Shown piece by piece: positions 12,315 to 25,929 of a stretch of 64,000 nucleotides of DNA. Where the stretch lies: assembly GCF_004010195.1 (NCBI RefSeq), contig NC_057719.1:60961365-61025364 (forward strand), in the 5' to 3' direction. Made by a program: the position numbers and the translations under genes. Under the pieces are notes generated by a model. It made no database searches. It was not told where the DNA came from and saw only the letters and a program-made list of their open reading frames with translations. The stretch is from Chiloscyllium plagiosum (taxonomy: Eukaryota). Each line of letters starts with the position of its first letter. Position 1 is the stretch's first letter.

Positions 12315-12631
12315 GGCGGCACGGTGGCACAGTGGTTAGCACTGCTGCCTCACAGCGCCAGAGACCCAGGTTCAATTCCCGCCTCAGGCGACTGACTGTG
12401 TGGAGTTTGCACGTTCTCCCTGTGTCTGCGTGGGTTTCCTTCGGGTCGTCCGGTTTCCTCCCACAGTCCAAAGATGTGCAGGTCAGGTGAATTGGCCATG
12501 CTAAATTGCCCGTAGTGTTAGGTAAGGGGTAAATGTAGGGGTATGGGTGGGTTGCGCTTCGGCGGGGCGGTGTGGACTTGTTGGGCCGAAGGGCCTGTTT
12601 CCACACTGTAAGTAATCTAATCTAAAAAAAA
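12315..12631 (+). mobile_element. HE1-type V-SINE, full length
   Basis: tRNA head (ggcacggtggcacagtggttagc..ggttcaattccc), V domain (tgtggagtttgcacgttctccc..ccggtttcctcccacagtccaaagatgtgc), HER1-like tail ending in (atcta)n. Confidence 0.92.
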
Positions 12632-13029
12632 GTGCCTTATTTCTCAGAAAGTTACAAGTAACCAGAAAACATGACAACAAAGATGAAGGTGGCCTGTCCC
12701 AGAAGGCATCCCTTATCTTGAATTGCACTTTCAGGATACAGTGACAAAGATGGAACTCACCAGTCAGATTGTTTATTGGTGGAGGGCAAGACCTTAGCAC
12801 TTTCTATACTCGGATTTGTATAGCAATATCGAAGAAGTGTAACTTAAGGAGAATCATTAATTTTTCGAAGAAGGTAAACAAATAAAGGCTTTCTACGCAT
12901 TTCATTAAATCTACCTTGGAGATGCAGCAACAGCAACGATATCCACAGTTAGAAAAATAAATTCCTCCCTTTGTAGAAGGTGAGGTGACCCAGGGAAAGA
13001 GGAACAAGACTTTATGTTAACTCAATTAT

Positions 13030-13630
13030 AATGGAAAGACAACTAATTCTTCAAATAATTTTGCAGGCACCAAAACATCCATGGTATTTGTCATATTTTG
13101 GATGATGGACTTATAAAACAATCTTCAATTGGTGCAAAAAAATGAAAGTTTTCACTGCACATTGACAAACACTAACTTGTGGTAGTGTGAAGGTTGTCCC
13201 AGCCACATTATTGAAGACATTTATAAACAATGCATCTTTAGAATAATGTACAAGGAAGATCAACATGAACCTGACACATTTAGAGAAAAAAAATCAAATC
13301 TTGGAAATGACTCAAGAGAAGTTCCAACAACTACAAACAGCAGAACAAAATGCTCAGGGAAAAATATATACTTGAGTCCAAATTGGTTTGCGCCCATGGT
13401 CACCATTCAGAAATTGATAAGGTATATAACTGGTAGTTGGAATGCATAAATGCATCTCATCAACACGTGCATTTACTTGAATTTTCTTCGATCAACAACT
13501 AGGGGATTGAACTATAAAGCTGCTTGAAATGCAGAATGCCTTGGCAGTTCTTAAAGTAGAATGTCAAAAGAAACTCAAGCAACTCAAAGTTCAACAAGAT
13601 TTACAGCAGTCCAACTACCTTGGGGGAGGA
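13030..13630 (+). mobile_element. Possible highly decayed Gypsy RT/RNase H relic
   Basis: GICHILDDGLI (cf. YLDDILI), HII and NALAVL fragments, and a polypurine tract-like tgggggagga at about 13621; weak. Confidence 0.3.
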
Positions 13631-15354
13631 TGGTAATTGGGGGAAAAGATTTAAATATTGATGGTTAAATGGGGTACTCTGAAACAACCTAGGATGAGAT
13701 GTGGAGTAAGAGTTTGACTTTAGCTTTACTGTAAGAATACCGACTGAATACAATGAAAAGGAATTATGTCATTATGCAATCAGATCACGTGGATTTGGAC
13801 TCTTGATTCTGTAAAGTTCCAGTCACACATCCTCTCCTGCCGTGCATGTAAGCAGTTATGTTTAATAGTATTTGCTTATAAAGAGGACAGACTTCACAGT
13901 AATACATTGAACACCATGCCTAGTTTCTGATAGCTTGAGAAGCCCGTGCACTGGCAATCAAAGCCCAGAAATAGTTAAATTTTAAGTCAATTACTACTCT
14001 GGAAATCAAATGCCAACCAGCTTTCTCTAAGTGGGTTTCATACAACAATTAAATCTGGATAATATTGGACTTATGTTAGATTTCTGACACCCCAGAGGTT
14101 TTTCCACCATGAACTCACTGAATGCACCAAGATCTACAACCCCTGCAAACCTCATACAGGTTAAAATAGACTTTGTCAACTGTGTTTCAATCTTCACGGA
14201 TGTTACTTGACTGACTGAATATTTCTAACTTTTCCCATCATTATTTCTCAGGATATAGGGATCAGTGTTAGGAAATGGCCTCATATGTTCAGTTAAATTG
14301 AATAACATGACTCACTACCTTCAGCACATTCTGAAGGGCTTTTAGGGATAGATAGTAGGTGCTGCCATTGACAATGATGCTTACAATTCATGAATGATTT
14401 AAAGATCTTAATTTAGTTGAAATAAGTAACATGTACTTCAGCCTGAGAGAAATAGTTTGAAAGGTAGCAATTCAGCTTTCTTTCTGTAAATCAAAAAGAT
14501 CAGTCCTCAGCAGAGGCCTCACCTTCATTCCCTTACGCTCCCGGATTAACGAGTTCAACACTCGGCGAGACATCGAACAATTCTTTCGCCGCCTTCGCCT
14601 CCGCGCCTACTTCTTCAACCAGGATTCTCGCCCACCCTCTGACGACCCCTTCTCCTGCCTCCAACACACCCCATCCACCTGGATACCCCGTGCTGGCCTC
14701 TTACCCGCCCTCGATCTCTTCATAGCCAACTGCTGCCGCGACATTAATCGCCTCAACCTGTCCACCCCTCTCACCCACTCCAACCTCTCACCCTCACAAC
14801 GTGCAGCCTTCCGCTCCCTCCGCTCCAACCCCAACCTCAATATCAAACCGGCAGACAAGGGAGGCACGGTGATAGTTTGGCGCACCGATCTTTACACCGC
14901 TGAGGCTAAACGCCAGCTCGCGGACAACTCCTCCTAATGCCCCCTTGACCATGACCCCACCTCCCATCACCAAACCATCATCTCCCAGACCATCCATAAC
15001 CTCGTGACCTCAGGGGATCTCCCATCCACCGTCTCCAACCTCATAGTCCCACCACCGCCCGTTTCTATCTCCTCCCCAAAATCCACAAACCTGACTGCCC
15101 AGCCGACCCATTGTCTCAGCCTGCTCCTGCCCCACTGAACTCATCTCTGCATACCTCGACACGGTCCTGTCCCCCTTAGTCCAAGAACTCCCCACCTACG
15201 TTCGGGACACCACCCACGCCCTCCACCTCCTCCATGATTTTCGCTTCCCCGGCTCCCAACGCCTTATCTTCTCCATGGACATCCAGTCCCTATACACCTC
15301 CATTCCCCATCACAAAGGCCTCAAAGCCCTCTGCTTCTTCCTTTCCCGCCGACC

Positions 15355-15834
15355 NNNNNNNNNNNNNNNNNNNNNNNNNNNNNNNNNNNNNNNNNNNNNN
15401 NNNNNNNNNNNNNNNNNNNNNNNNNNNNNNNNNNNNNNNNNNNNNNNNNNNNNNNNNNNNNNNNNNNNNNNNNNNNNNNNNNNNNNNNNNNNNNNNNNNN
15501 NNNNNNNNNNNNNNNNNNNNNNNNNNNNNNNNNNNNNNNNNNNNNNNNNNNNNNNNNNNNNNNNNNNNNNNNNNNNNNNNNNNNNNNNNNNNNNNNNNNN
15601 NNNNNNNNNNNNNNNNNNNNNNNNNNNNNNNNNNNNNNNNNNNNNNNNNNNNNNNNNNNNNNNNNNNNNNNNNNNNNNNNNNNNNNNNNNNNNNNNNNNN
15701 NNNNNNNNNNNNNNNNNNNNNNNNNNNNNNNNNNNNNNNNNNNNNNNNNNNNNNNNNNNNNNNNNNNNNNNNNNNNNNNNNNNNNNNNNNNNNNNNNNNN
15801 NNNNNNNNNNNNNNNNNNNNNNNNNNNNNNNNNN
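15355..15834. other. Assembly gap (N run)
   Basis: Run of N. Confidence 1.
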
Positions 15835-16669
15835 TCGCCACCAGGCCAGAACCCCACTGGTCCTCACCAACCACCCCACCAACCTCCAGACATATCGTAT
15901 CATCCTTCGTCATTTCCGCCACCTCCAAACAGACCCTATCACCAAGGATATATTTCCCTCCCCTCCCTATCAGTGTTCCGGAAAGACCACTCCTTCCGCG
16001 ACTTCCTCATTAGGTCCACACCCCCCCACCAACCCAACCTCCACTCCCGGCACCTTCCCCTGCAACCGCAAGAAATGCAAAACTTGCGCCCACACATCCC
16101 CCTTCACTTCCCTCCAAGGCCCCAAGGGATCCTTCCATATCCGTCACAAGTTCACCTGCACCTCCACACACATTTACTGCATCCGCTGCACCCGATGTGG
16201 CCTCCTCTACATTGGGGAGACAGGCCGCCTACTTGCGGAACGTTTTACAGAACACCTCTGGGACACCTGCACCAACCAATCCAACCGCCCCGTGGCTGAA
16301 TACTTTAACTCCCCCTCCCACTCCGCCAAGGACATGCAGGTCCTTGGCCTCCTCCATCACCAGACCATGGCAACACGATGCCTTGAGGAAGAGTGCCTCA
16401 TCTTCCGCCTAGGAACCCACCAACCACAAGGGATGAATGCAGATTTCTCCAGCTTCCTCATTTCCCCTCCCCCCACCTTATCTAGTCCCAACCCTCGGAC
16501 TCAGCACCGCCTTCTTGACCTGCAATCTTCTTCCTGACCTCTCCGCCCTCACCCCTTCTCCGGCCTATCACCCTCACCTTAACCTCCTTCCACCTATCGC
16601 ATTCCCAATGCCCCTCCCCCAAGTCCTTCCTCCCTACCTTTTATCTTAGCCTGCTGGCACACCTTCCTC

Positions 16670-16705
16670 ATTCCTGAAGAAGGGCTTATGCCCGAAACGT
16701 CAATT
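16670..16705 (+). ncRNA. Minimal hammerhead ribozyme motif in PLE 3' UTR (family B)
   Basis: CTGAAGA(16674-16680)-A-GGGC-TTAT-GCCC-GAAA(16694-16697)-CGTC; stem I weak in this copy. Confidence 0.7.
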
Positions 16706-17146
16706 CTCCTGCTCCTTGGATGCTGCCTGATCTGCTGCGCTTTTCTAGCAACACATTTTTCAGCTCTGATCTCCAGCATCTGCAGTCCTCACTTTCTCCC
16801 AGATTTAAGAAGCTCCAAATTGAACAATTGGGGTTGAAAGTAGGAAACATTGAAACCACACAAAAGATAAAGATTAGTACCACAATAAAGCATAGATGGT
16901 ATAGAAACTAAGAACTGGTTTAACATATGTTGAACAACAATTTACTTATTTTATGGAAGTCACAATATACCTCATCTCTTTTCAAAAGTCACTGATCACA
17001 ATCATGAAATCAATTAAATGTGGATTAAATGTTGAATTTGTGAAGCAGTATTTGCTGTAAGTATAGCTGCGTTTGACAAAGATGCATTGGAAAAGTATTA
17101 ATGCATAGCTTCTTTATTGTATAGGGATACTTAAACATTGTCTCAT

Positions 17147-18441
17147 TTTCTGAAGGGGAAATCATGCTTGACTAATCTTCTAGAATTTTTTGAGGATGTT
17201 ACTCTGAAGATGGATAAGGCAGATCCAGTGGATGTAGTGTACCTGGACTTTCAGAAAGCACTTGATAAAGTCCCACATCGGAGGTTAGTGAGCAAAATTA
17301 GGGTGCATGGTATTGGGGGCAAAGTACTGACTTGGATTGAAAATTGGTTGGCTGACAGGAAACAAAGAGTAGTGATAAACGGCTCCCTTTCGGAATGGCA
17401 GGCGGTGACCAGTGGGGTACCGCAGGGATCAGTGCTGGGACCGCAGCTTTTTACAATATATATTAATGATATAGAAGATGGTATTAATAGTAATATTAGC
17501 AAGTTTGCTGATGATACAAAGCTGGGTGGCAGGGTGAAATGTGAGGAGGATGTTAGGAGATTACAGGGTGACCTGGACAGGTTAGGTGAATGGACAGATG
17601 CATGGCAGATGCAGTTTTAATGTGGATAAATGTATGGTTATCCACTTTGGTGGCAAGAACAGAAGGGCAGATTACTACCTAAATGGAGTCAAGTTAGGTA
17701 AAGGGGCAGTACAAAGAGATCTGGGTGTTCTTGTACACCAGTCAATGAAGGCAAGCATGCAGGTACAGCAGGTAGTGCAGAAAGCTAAAAGCATGCTGGC
17801 CTTCATAACAAGAGGGATTGAGTATAGAAGCAAAAGGGTTCTTCTGCAGCTGTACAGGGCCCTGGTGAGACCGCACCTGGAATATTGTGTGCAGTTCTGG
17901 TCTCCAGATTTGAGGAAAGACATTTTGGCTATTGAGGGAGTGCAGCATAGGTTCACGAGGTCAATTCCTGGAATGTCGGGACTATCTTATGTTGAAAGAT
18001 TGGAGCGACTGGGCTTGTATACCCTTGGGGTTAGAAGACTGAGACAGGCCGCCTATCTATCTGCGATTGAGACGTATAAAATTATTAAAGGATTGGACAC
18101 TCCGGAGGCAGGAAACATGTTTCCGCTGATGGGTGAGTGCCGAACCAGAGGACACAGCTTAAAAATACGGGGTAGACCATTTAGGACAGAGATGAGGAGA
18201 AAGTTCTTCACCCAGAGAGTGGTGGATGTGTGGAATGCTCTGCCACAGGGGGCAGTGGAGGCCTAGTCTCTGGATTTGTTTAAGAAAGAGTTGGATAGAG
18301 CTCTCAAGGATAGTGGAATCAAGGGTTATGAAGATAAGGCAGGAACAGGATACTGATTGAGGATGATCAACCATGATCATAATGAATGGTGGTGCAGGCT
18401 CAAAGGGCAGAATGACCTACTCCTGCACCTATTGTCTATTA
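17147..18441 (+). mobile_element. CR1 LINE, 5'-truncated (RT and C-terminus)
   Basis: KSCLTNLLEFFE..YLDFQKALDKVPH..GVPQGSVLGP..FADDTKL; RPHLEYCVQFWSP; tail ctattgtctatt. Confidence 0.95.
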
Positions 18442-20499
18442 ATAGTATACTACTTCGATCAGGATTTCCAAACTAGGAGAATTCTGTTGTTTTACAACAT
18501 TCATGAAACTAACTGTATTTTAAGCATTTCCAGACTTCTCAAATTCATTTTCTTAAAATAATTTGATTACAAATTTTATTTGGTAATTTAATTTTTAGCA
18601 CAATAGCTTCAGTTTGATGTATTAGTTATAATTTTCAATTCAAATAATTGCATGAAATTACATTTTAGTGAATAAATTCAACATTAAATAATATTCCATA
18701 AACTGCACAACTGAACAATTGGCTCAGGATGAATCTGTATATGACTGGAAGAAAGTAAATTCCTAAGAGAATACAAAATATGTATGTTGGATGGTTTAAT
18801 TTTAGTTTTAAATAAATATTATTTCCTTCCAAATCAATTTTCTAAACTCCTGACATAGTTCATAGAATCTTTAAAGTTTAATATATTATGTAATGTAAAA
18901 AACAAACAAAAAGATATGATTTTTTACTTTTCCTGGGGTACATTCTGCACCTTTGAAAAAATTGCTTATACACAAAAATGCAAATGATTTGAAATATAAT
19001 AAAGTAAAACATGTTGTCATTGCTATTAATCATGTAAATTAGAACTAGTTTATTAACCAAATAAATTTTATGCTGAACACTGAATCGACATTTAGATCTA
19101 TAAGGGAGAATTGTCTCTCATGAATATTAATATTGGAGAAAATTGGAATGTGGTTAGGAATTCATGTGTAATTTTATACATTTACTGAGGTGGTTACTAA
19201 GGCTTTCTTAATGAATCTTCCAAAAAAAATCAATCATTTTTATTAAAATCATCTGTTATACTAATCATTTTATAATCACTGTTGCTCACCACTATAACAT
19301 ATGAAGTACTGGAACAGTTTCCTCCCCTATTATTTGCCTTCTTACTTGTTATTGTTGACTAAGTTGTTTGCATTCCAACCGAATGAAATGACTATTGATC
19401 TGTTAATTAATCTATTTTTGAACATCCTAGCAAAAGAAACATAAAGAGTTGATTTTCCTGAATTTCGGTTTGGTTATGGTCCGTTCCCCAGACAGACAAA
19501 TTAGACAGATTTCTATGGTATTTGAAATTGAGTCTATGCATGCAATACACAGGCCCATCATTGTCATCTTAATAGATAGGAAGCAGCATTCCAAGTCTTA
19601 CATCTTTTTTCTGTATTTATGCCCAAGACGGGTCGAGTGCTTCATGGAGAGGATTTGCACTGAAATCAGATAATCTTGACTGTACCAGAAGCAAGCAAAA
19701 CACAAACTACTTGTGGAATTAATAAGATTCTCAGCTTAATGGTCTTCCTAGTTACTGCTATTAGCAAAGGTCTGAGGAACCTAAGGCCAGTAAAGCCAAA
19801 GGAACCTAAGGCCAGTAGTCAGAAATGCAGTTATTTCCAGAGCCAGCATAGAGAACAGAAAATTAGCCAAAATTTCTTCTACTATAGATCAATTCTACTT
19901 GCAGATTAGAACTGCAGACAAAGAATGGATTGGAATTGGTTTGACTCTAATCTTTGCTAAAGTCAAGTAGCTGACAAATGCAGATTTTTTGAAATCATAA
20001 ATGGAGAATGACCACTTCAATGGGATAACAGGAAGGTGAAAGTTTATTCACCATGATGTCAATATTTTCAATGGAAAAAAGAAATATGAAGAAAGTTAGA
20101 ATATAAGGGACCCCCATATTTTTCCTTCTTGGAATATAAACTGAAATGGATGTCGTGGCTGAAATACTGTAATTTTGCAAATTGGAAAAATCAAGTAGTG
20201 GATATATTTTAGTTTGCTTTTTGAAGGAAAAATCAAGTAGTGCATACATTTTATTTTGCTTTTTGAAACAATGCAGGGGATAATTTAGACAGAGTGGTAC
20301 CAAGAACCTCTGAGTAAAAGTACATCTGCCTGATAACAATCCTCCAATTGGTTTAGCTGCAGTTTGTTAAAAAGCTGTAAGTGCTGACAAATAGAAATAT
20401 TCAGAGCTTGTGAACTGAAAAATATCTGTGTCCCTGATTCTTCTCCATGTGGGTGAAAAGACAGAAAACCAAGACATGTTTCATATGAACTTAACTGTG

Positions 20500-21200
20500 A
20501 ACTGGATCTGAAAGGTTGAGTTGACAAGAGAGGATAAAGAAGAATAAAGAGCAATGGAAAGAGACATGGAATTCAAAAGGCTTGACACACAAATAAAGAG
20601 GGGAAATAAGATAAAATGACTTGGCTAGAATTTAACTTGAAATCTGGGTTTGCTGCTGAAATTTACAGAGGATGGAATTCAAAGATACTTCACCTCATAT
20701 GAAAAGACAGCCATCAAGTTGAAGTAATCAAAAGATGTTTGGCCCTTAATGCTATAGAGTGCTTTGATACATACAGCCATGAACATGTGCACCAGTTTGT
20801 CATAAAACCAACCTGTAGATTATTAAGCTGTTAAGAGAGCAATACTCAATGCTCATGAACTTGCTCCTAAAGCTTACCAATTAAAATTTCAGATGATATG
20901 AAAAATACTTAATCAGACATTTAAAGATTTGCAAGAGAAAAAAATGCTGTGGTTTCAATCACTGAAGTCTGAAAAATATTTTGAATGTGTGAGGAAAATC
21001 ACGATCATGAAAGATTCCCAAAATGTATTCTGTTAAGCATCAAGACTTATTTAGATGAGCCTTAGGCATTAAAGATCTGACAAGTTCAGTCTTTGCAGAT
21101 GCTTTCAATACCTCAATTACCTAGAAATGATCATATTGGAATCAACAAGGAAACAAAAAGAATAGAAAATCTCAGAATGATAAATATATTTGTTTCAGGG
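20500..21200 (+). mobile_element. Very old Gypsy gag relic
   Basis: KDVWPLML and RAILNAHELAPKAYQLKF resemble the gag copies near 2 kb and 61 kb. Confidence 0.5.
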
Positions 21201-21499
21201 AACAAAAAGGATGACAACAAAATAATATAGGAAGGATAAAACCTAAAGGTGAAATAAAAATAAAATACCTTCCATTGCACTATGATTAGGCAACATATGT
21301 TTATTTATGAAAGTTAAATGAGAAGTCTATTGCAATAGTAGACCTAACTAAACTTGCAACCTAAGCAATTCTGAAAAATAAAAGCTGCATCAGGCAAGGA
21401 AATGGACAGTAAAAATATAGCAATGATACCAGTGGAATATGTTTCCTCAGAACCTATTAGGAATGAGCAGATGGCTCATGATAATCAAGAAAACTCTAT

Positions 21500-22807
21500 C
21501 TTGGAAAGGCAGGGACTGATCAGGGATAGTCAACATGGCTTTGTGTGTGGGAAATCATGTCTCACAAACTTGATTGAGATTTTTGAGGAAGTAACAAAGA
21601 GAATTGATGAGGGCAGAGTGGTAGATGTGATCTATATGGACTTCAGTAAGGCGTTCGACAAGGTTCCCCATGGGAGATTGATTAGCAAGGTTAGATATCA
21701 CGGAATACAGGGAGAACTAGCCATTTGGATACAGAACTGGCTCAAAGGTAGAAGACAGAGGGTGGTGGTGGAGGGTTGTTTTTCAGACTGGAGGCCTGTA
21801 ACCAATGGAGTGCCACAAAGATCGGGGCTGGGTCCTCTACCTTTTGTCATTCACATAAATTATTTGGTTGCGAATATAACAGGTACAGTTAGTAAATTTA
21901 CAGATGATACCAAAATTGGAGGTGTAGTGGATAGCGAAGAGGGTTACCTCAGATTACAACAGGATCTTGACCAGATGGGCCAATGGGCTGAGAAGTGGCA
22001 GATGGAGTTTAATTTAGATTAATGCGTAGTGCTGCATTTTGGGAAAGCAAATCTTACCACTTAATGGTAGAGTCCGAGGGAGTGTTGCTGAACAAAGAGA
22101 CCTTGGAGAGCAGGTTCATAGCTCCTTGAAAGTGGAGTCGCAGATAGATAGGATAGTGAAGAAGGCACTTAGTATGCTCCCCTTTATTGGTCAGAGTATT
22201 GAGTACAGGAGTTGGGAGGACATGTTGCTGCTGTACAGGACATTGGTTAGACCACTGTTGGAATATTGCGTGCAATTCTGGTCTCCTTTCTATCGGAAAG
22301 GTGTTGTGAAACTTGAAAGGGTTCAGAAAAGACTTACAAGGATGTTGCCAAGGTTGGAGGATTTGAGCTGTAGGGAAAGACTGAACAGGCTGGGGCTGTT
22401 TTCCCTGGAGCGTCGGAGGCTGAAGGATGACCTTATAGAGGTTTACAAAATTATGAGGGGCATGGATAGAGAAAATAGGCAAAGTCTTTTCCCTGAGTTT
22501 GGGGAGTCCATAACTGGAGGGCATAGGGTTAGGGTGAGAGGGAAAAGATATAAAAGAGACCTAAGGGGCAACCTTTTCACGCAGAGGGTGGTATGTGTAT
22601 GGAATGAGCTGCCAGAGGAAAGTGGTGGAGGTTGGTACAATTGCAACATTTAAAAGGCATTTGGATGGGTATACGAATAGGAAGGGTTTGGAGGGATGTG
22701 GGCCAGGTGCTGACAGGTGGGACGAAATTGGATTGGGATATCTGGTCGGCTTAGCAGGTTGGACCGAAGGGTCTGTTTCCTAGCTGTACATCTCTATAAC
22801 TATGACT
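21500..22807 (+). mobile_element. HER1/CR1 LINE, 5'-truncated
   Basis: LIRDSQHGFVCGKSCLTNL..MDFSKAFDKVPH..FTDDTKIGG..RPLLEYCVQFWSP; HER1 3' UTR. Confidence 0.95.
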
Positions 22808-22879
22808 GTGGTTGCGAGAATCAGACCAGTGGAGGTTCAGAAATGCTTTTTTCCAAGGGAGTGGTAGTTCTCTATTGAG

Positions 22880-23075
22880 TTTGGCTTGGGTCTGCAACAT
22901 TCTGAAGTCTACATATCTAATGAGTCTAATCATCATTATGTCACTTTTTTTGAAAGGTTTCATATTGAAATTTGAGACTGTTTAGTTGTGTTTAATGCAA
23001 CACCATAAAGTTTTAAAATCATTTTTGTTGCAAGAAAAGACAATAGTATGGCAGAGGCTTTATCAGGAATAAACA
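22880..23075 (+). mobile_element. Gypsy RNase H C-terminal relic, likely the tail of the element at 20500-21200
   Basis: SNHHYVTF..RLFSC..KIIF..RKDNSMAEALSG (cf. TDHNPLTF..RLFRWSL..GxxNVxADALSR). Confidence 0.5.
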
Positions 23076-23169
23076 TAAAAGAAAACAAATGCTGTGATCA
23101 AAATACATTTTGAAAACTATTATTAAGGAAAGTCCTTTTGCATTTTCTGATTGGTATTGTCAAAGCAAT

Positions 23170-25449
23170 ATTGTATAATTTGGATAATCCTTGATAAGGG
23201 AGCTTAAAGTGAAGGAGCCCTTAGGAGGCAGTGATCATAATATGATTGAATTCACTTTGCAATTTGACAGGGAGAAGATAGTATCAAAGGTAACAGTATT
23301 ACAGCTGAAAAAAAGGCAACTACAGAGCCATGAGGGAGGAGCTGGGCAGAATTGATTGGAACAGGAGCCGAGTAGGAAAGACAGTGGAACAGGAATGGCA
23401 GGTAGATAACATCCATTGGCTCTCCTTGGTCTAATCTGCTCCATACTTCCTCACAGAATTCAGGAGATACAGCAAAAATTCATCCCTAGTTAAAAGAAGC
23501 ATGGTACTGGGAGTATGAGGCAACAATCGCTGACTAGTGAAGTCAGGGGTAACATTAAAGCAAAAGAGAAAACATATAATGTAGCAAAGAGCACAAGGAA
23601 ACCAGAGGATTGGAATGCTTGTAAAGACCAACAGAGTGCAAAAAAAAGAGATATGGAGGGAGAAGATTAAATTTGAAGGTAAGCTAGCCAGTAATATAGA
23701 GGAAGACAGCAACAATCTCTTTAGATATATAAAGGGCAAAAAAGACACAAAAGTGGACATTGGACTGCTGGAAAATGCCACTGGAGAGATAGCAGTGGGA
23801 AACAAGGAAATGGCTGAGAAACTGAATAATTACTTTGCGGTCAGTCTTCACAGTGAAATACTTATATCCCAAAAATTCAAGAGAGTCTGGGGCAGAGCTA
23901 AGTTTGACAGCTATCACCCAAGAAGAATTTGCTAGAAAAACTGAATGGATAAACCACCTGGACCAGATGGACTACACTCCAGAGTTCTAAAGGAGATAGC
24001 TGAAGACATAGCAGAGATATTAGTGATCTTTCAGGAATCACTGGAGTCAGGGAAGGTCCCAGAAGACTGGAAAATTGTTAATGTGACTCCCTTTTACAAA
24101 AAAAGAGAGTAAGGCAAAAGATAGAAAATTATAAGCCTCCTAGCTGGAGGCCATTGTGAAGGATGAGATTTCTGAATACTTGGAAGTGTATGTTAAAAAG
24201 ACCAAAGTCCGCATCGTACCATCAAGGGGAGACCATGCCTGACAAATCTGCGAGAATTCTTTGAGGATATAACAAGCAGGTTAGACTAAGGTGAGCCAAT
24301 GGATGTTATCTACCTGGACTTCAAGAAGGCCTTTGACTAAGTGCCACACAGGAGGCAGTTGAGCAAGATAAGGACCCATGGTATTAAAGACAAGGTGCTA
24401 GAATGGAGAGAAGACTGGCTGTCTGACAGGAAGCAGAGAGTGGGGATAAAAGGTTCTTTCTCAGGATGGCAGCTGGTGACAAGTGGTGTTTCACAAGACT
24501 CAGTGTTGGGACCACAATGTTTCAATTTATACATTTAAGATCCAGATGAAAGAACTGAGGACATTCTGGCTAAGTTGACAGATGATACAAAGATAGGTAT
24601 CGGAACAGGTAGTAGTGAAGAGGTGGGGAAGCTGCTGAAGTGGGCAAAGAAGTGACAGATGGAGTACAACATACAAAACTGTGAGATCCCACTTTGGTAA
24701 GAAGAATAGAAGCATGGACTATTTTCTAAATGGGGAGAAAATTCAGAAGTCTGAAGTGCAAGGATTCTTGAGAGTTCTCGTCCAGGATTTTCTCAAGGTA
24801 AACTTGTAGATTGAGTCAGTAGTTAGGAAGGCAAATGCAATGATGGCATATATTTTGAGAGGACTCAAATATAAAAACAGGGATGTATGTCTGAGGCTCT
24901 ATAATGCTCTGGTCAGACACATTTAGAGTATTGTGCACAGTTTTGGGCCACATATCTCAGGAAGGATGTAGAGGTCCTGGAGCGTATTCACAGGAGGTTC
25001 ACAAGAATGGTCCCAGGAATGAAAAGCTAAACAAATGAAGAACATTTGAGGACTCTGGGTCTACACGTAATGGAGTTTAGAAGGATGAGGGGGTATCTAA
25101 GTGAAACTTATAGAATACTAAATGGCCTAGGCAGAGTGAATGTTAGGAAGATGTTTCCATTGGGAGGAGACACTAGGACCCGAGGGCACAGCCTTTTAGA
25201 ATGGAGAAAAGGAGAGACTTCCTCAGCCAGAGAGTGGTGAATTTTCATTGCCTCAGAAAGCTGTGGAGACCAGGTCATTTAGTACATTTAAGACAGCGAT
25301 AGATAGGTTCTTGATTGTCAAGGAGATCAGGGGTTACAGAAAGCTGCAGAATGTGGTTGAGAAACTTATCAGCTACGTTTGAATGTCGGAGCAGACTCGA
25401 TGGGCTGAATGGTCTAATCTCTGCTCCTATGTCTCTGCTCTTATGGTCT
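23170..25449 (+). mobile_element. CR1 LINE (end of EN through 3' end), decayed
   Basis: EPLGGSDHNMIEF, PGPDGLHSRVLKE, VTSGVSQDSVLGP; tail tcttatggtct. Confidence 0.9.
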
Positions 25450-25929
25450 CAAATAGAATAGCCATAGTGATGAGGAAATTGTAATAGAAAAGTGAACATA
25501 TATCTGAATTTTTCTTTCTATGGGGAGGTGCAATGAGGGTTCATAACATATACAAGTTATCACTGGTAACTTTGGTACTAAATTTAACAAAATCATGCAC
25601 ACCTTTAACTTTGATTTGTAATTCTGTATTGTATGGGTTAAGAAGGACAGCGTTTCAGTTTAGATTAGGCAAACAATTGTCTGGAAAGTTGGTTGCATGC
25701 ATTTAAATAGAGATTTTAAAAAAGTATCAGTCTTCTACTTTAGAAACAAGGAGTAGAGAGAGAAAAAAAAGGGCTATTACCTAGTAGGGAGAGGGATAAC
25801 TTATTTTAGAAAGATAGGACCATCCAGAATGTCAGTGAATGGGAAGGTTTCTTTCAGAAAATGAAGTAAGTCATACAGAGAGAAAATGCCTGGAACAAGA
25901 ACAGTGCAGTTTAGCAATGTCGAAAATAG

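Larger units (their letters stand above)
14497..16799 (+). mobile_element. Penelope-like element (Neptune-type, family B), RT + GIY-YIG, spans an N gap
   Basis: RSVLSRGLTFIP..IKPADKGGTVIVW..MDIQSLYTSIPH; Cys linker PCNRKKCKTCAH; IYCIRCTRCGLLYIGETGR; stops and frameshifts present. Confidence 0.92.

Noticed and set aside
12315..12390. tRNA gene (also at 35210 and 5341)
   Set aside because: tRNA-derived heads of repeats, continuous with repeat bodies
15234..16537. Longest ORFs (259-420 aa) and the similar ones at 54551-55192
   Set aside because: They read through N runs; the real sequence is PLE or CR1
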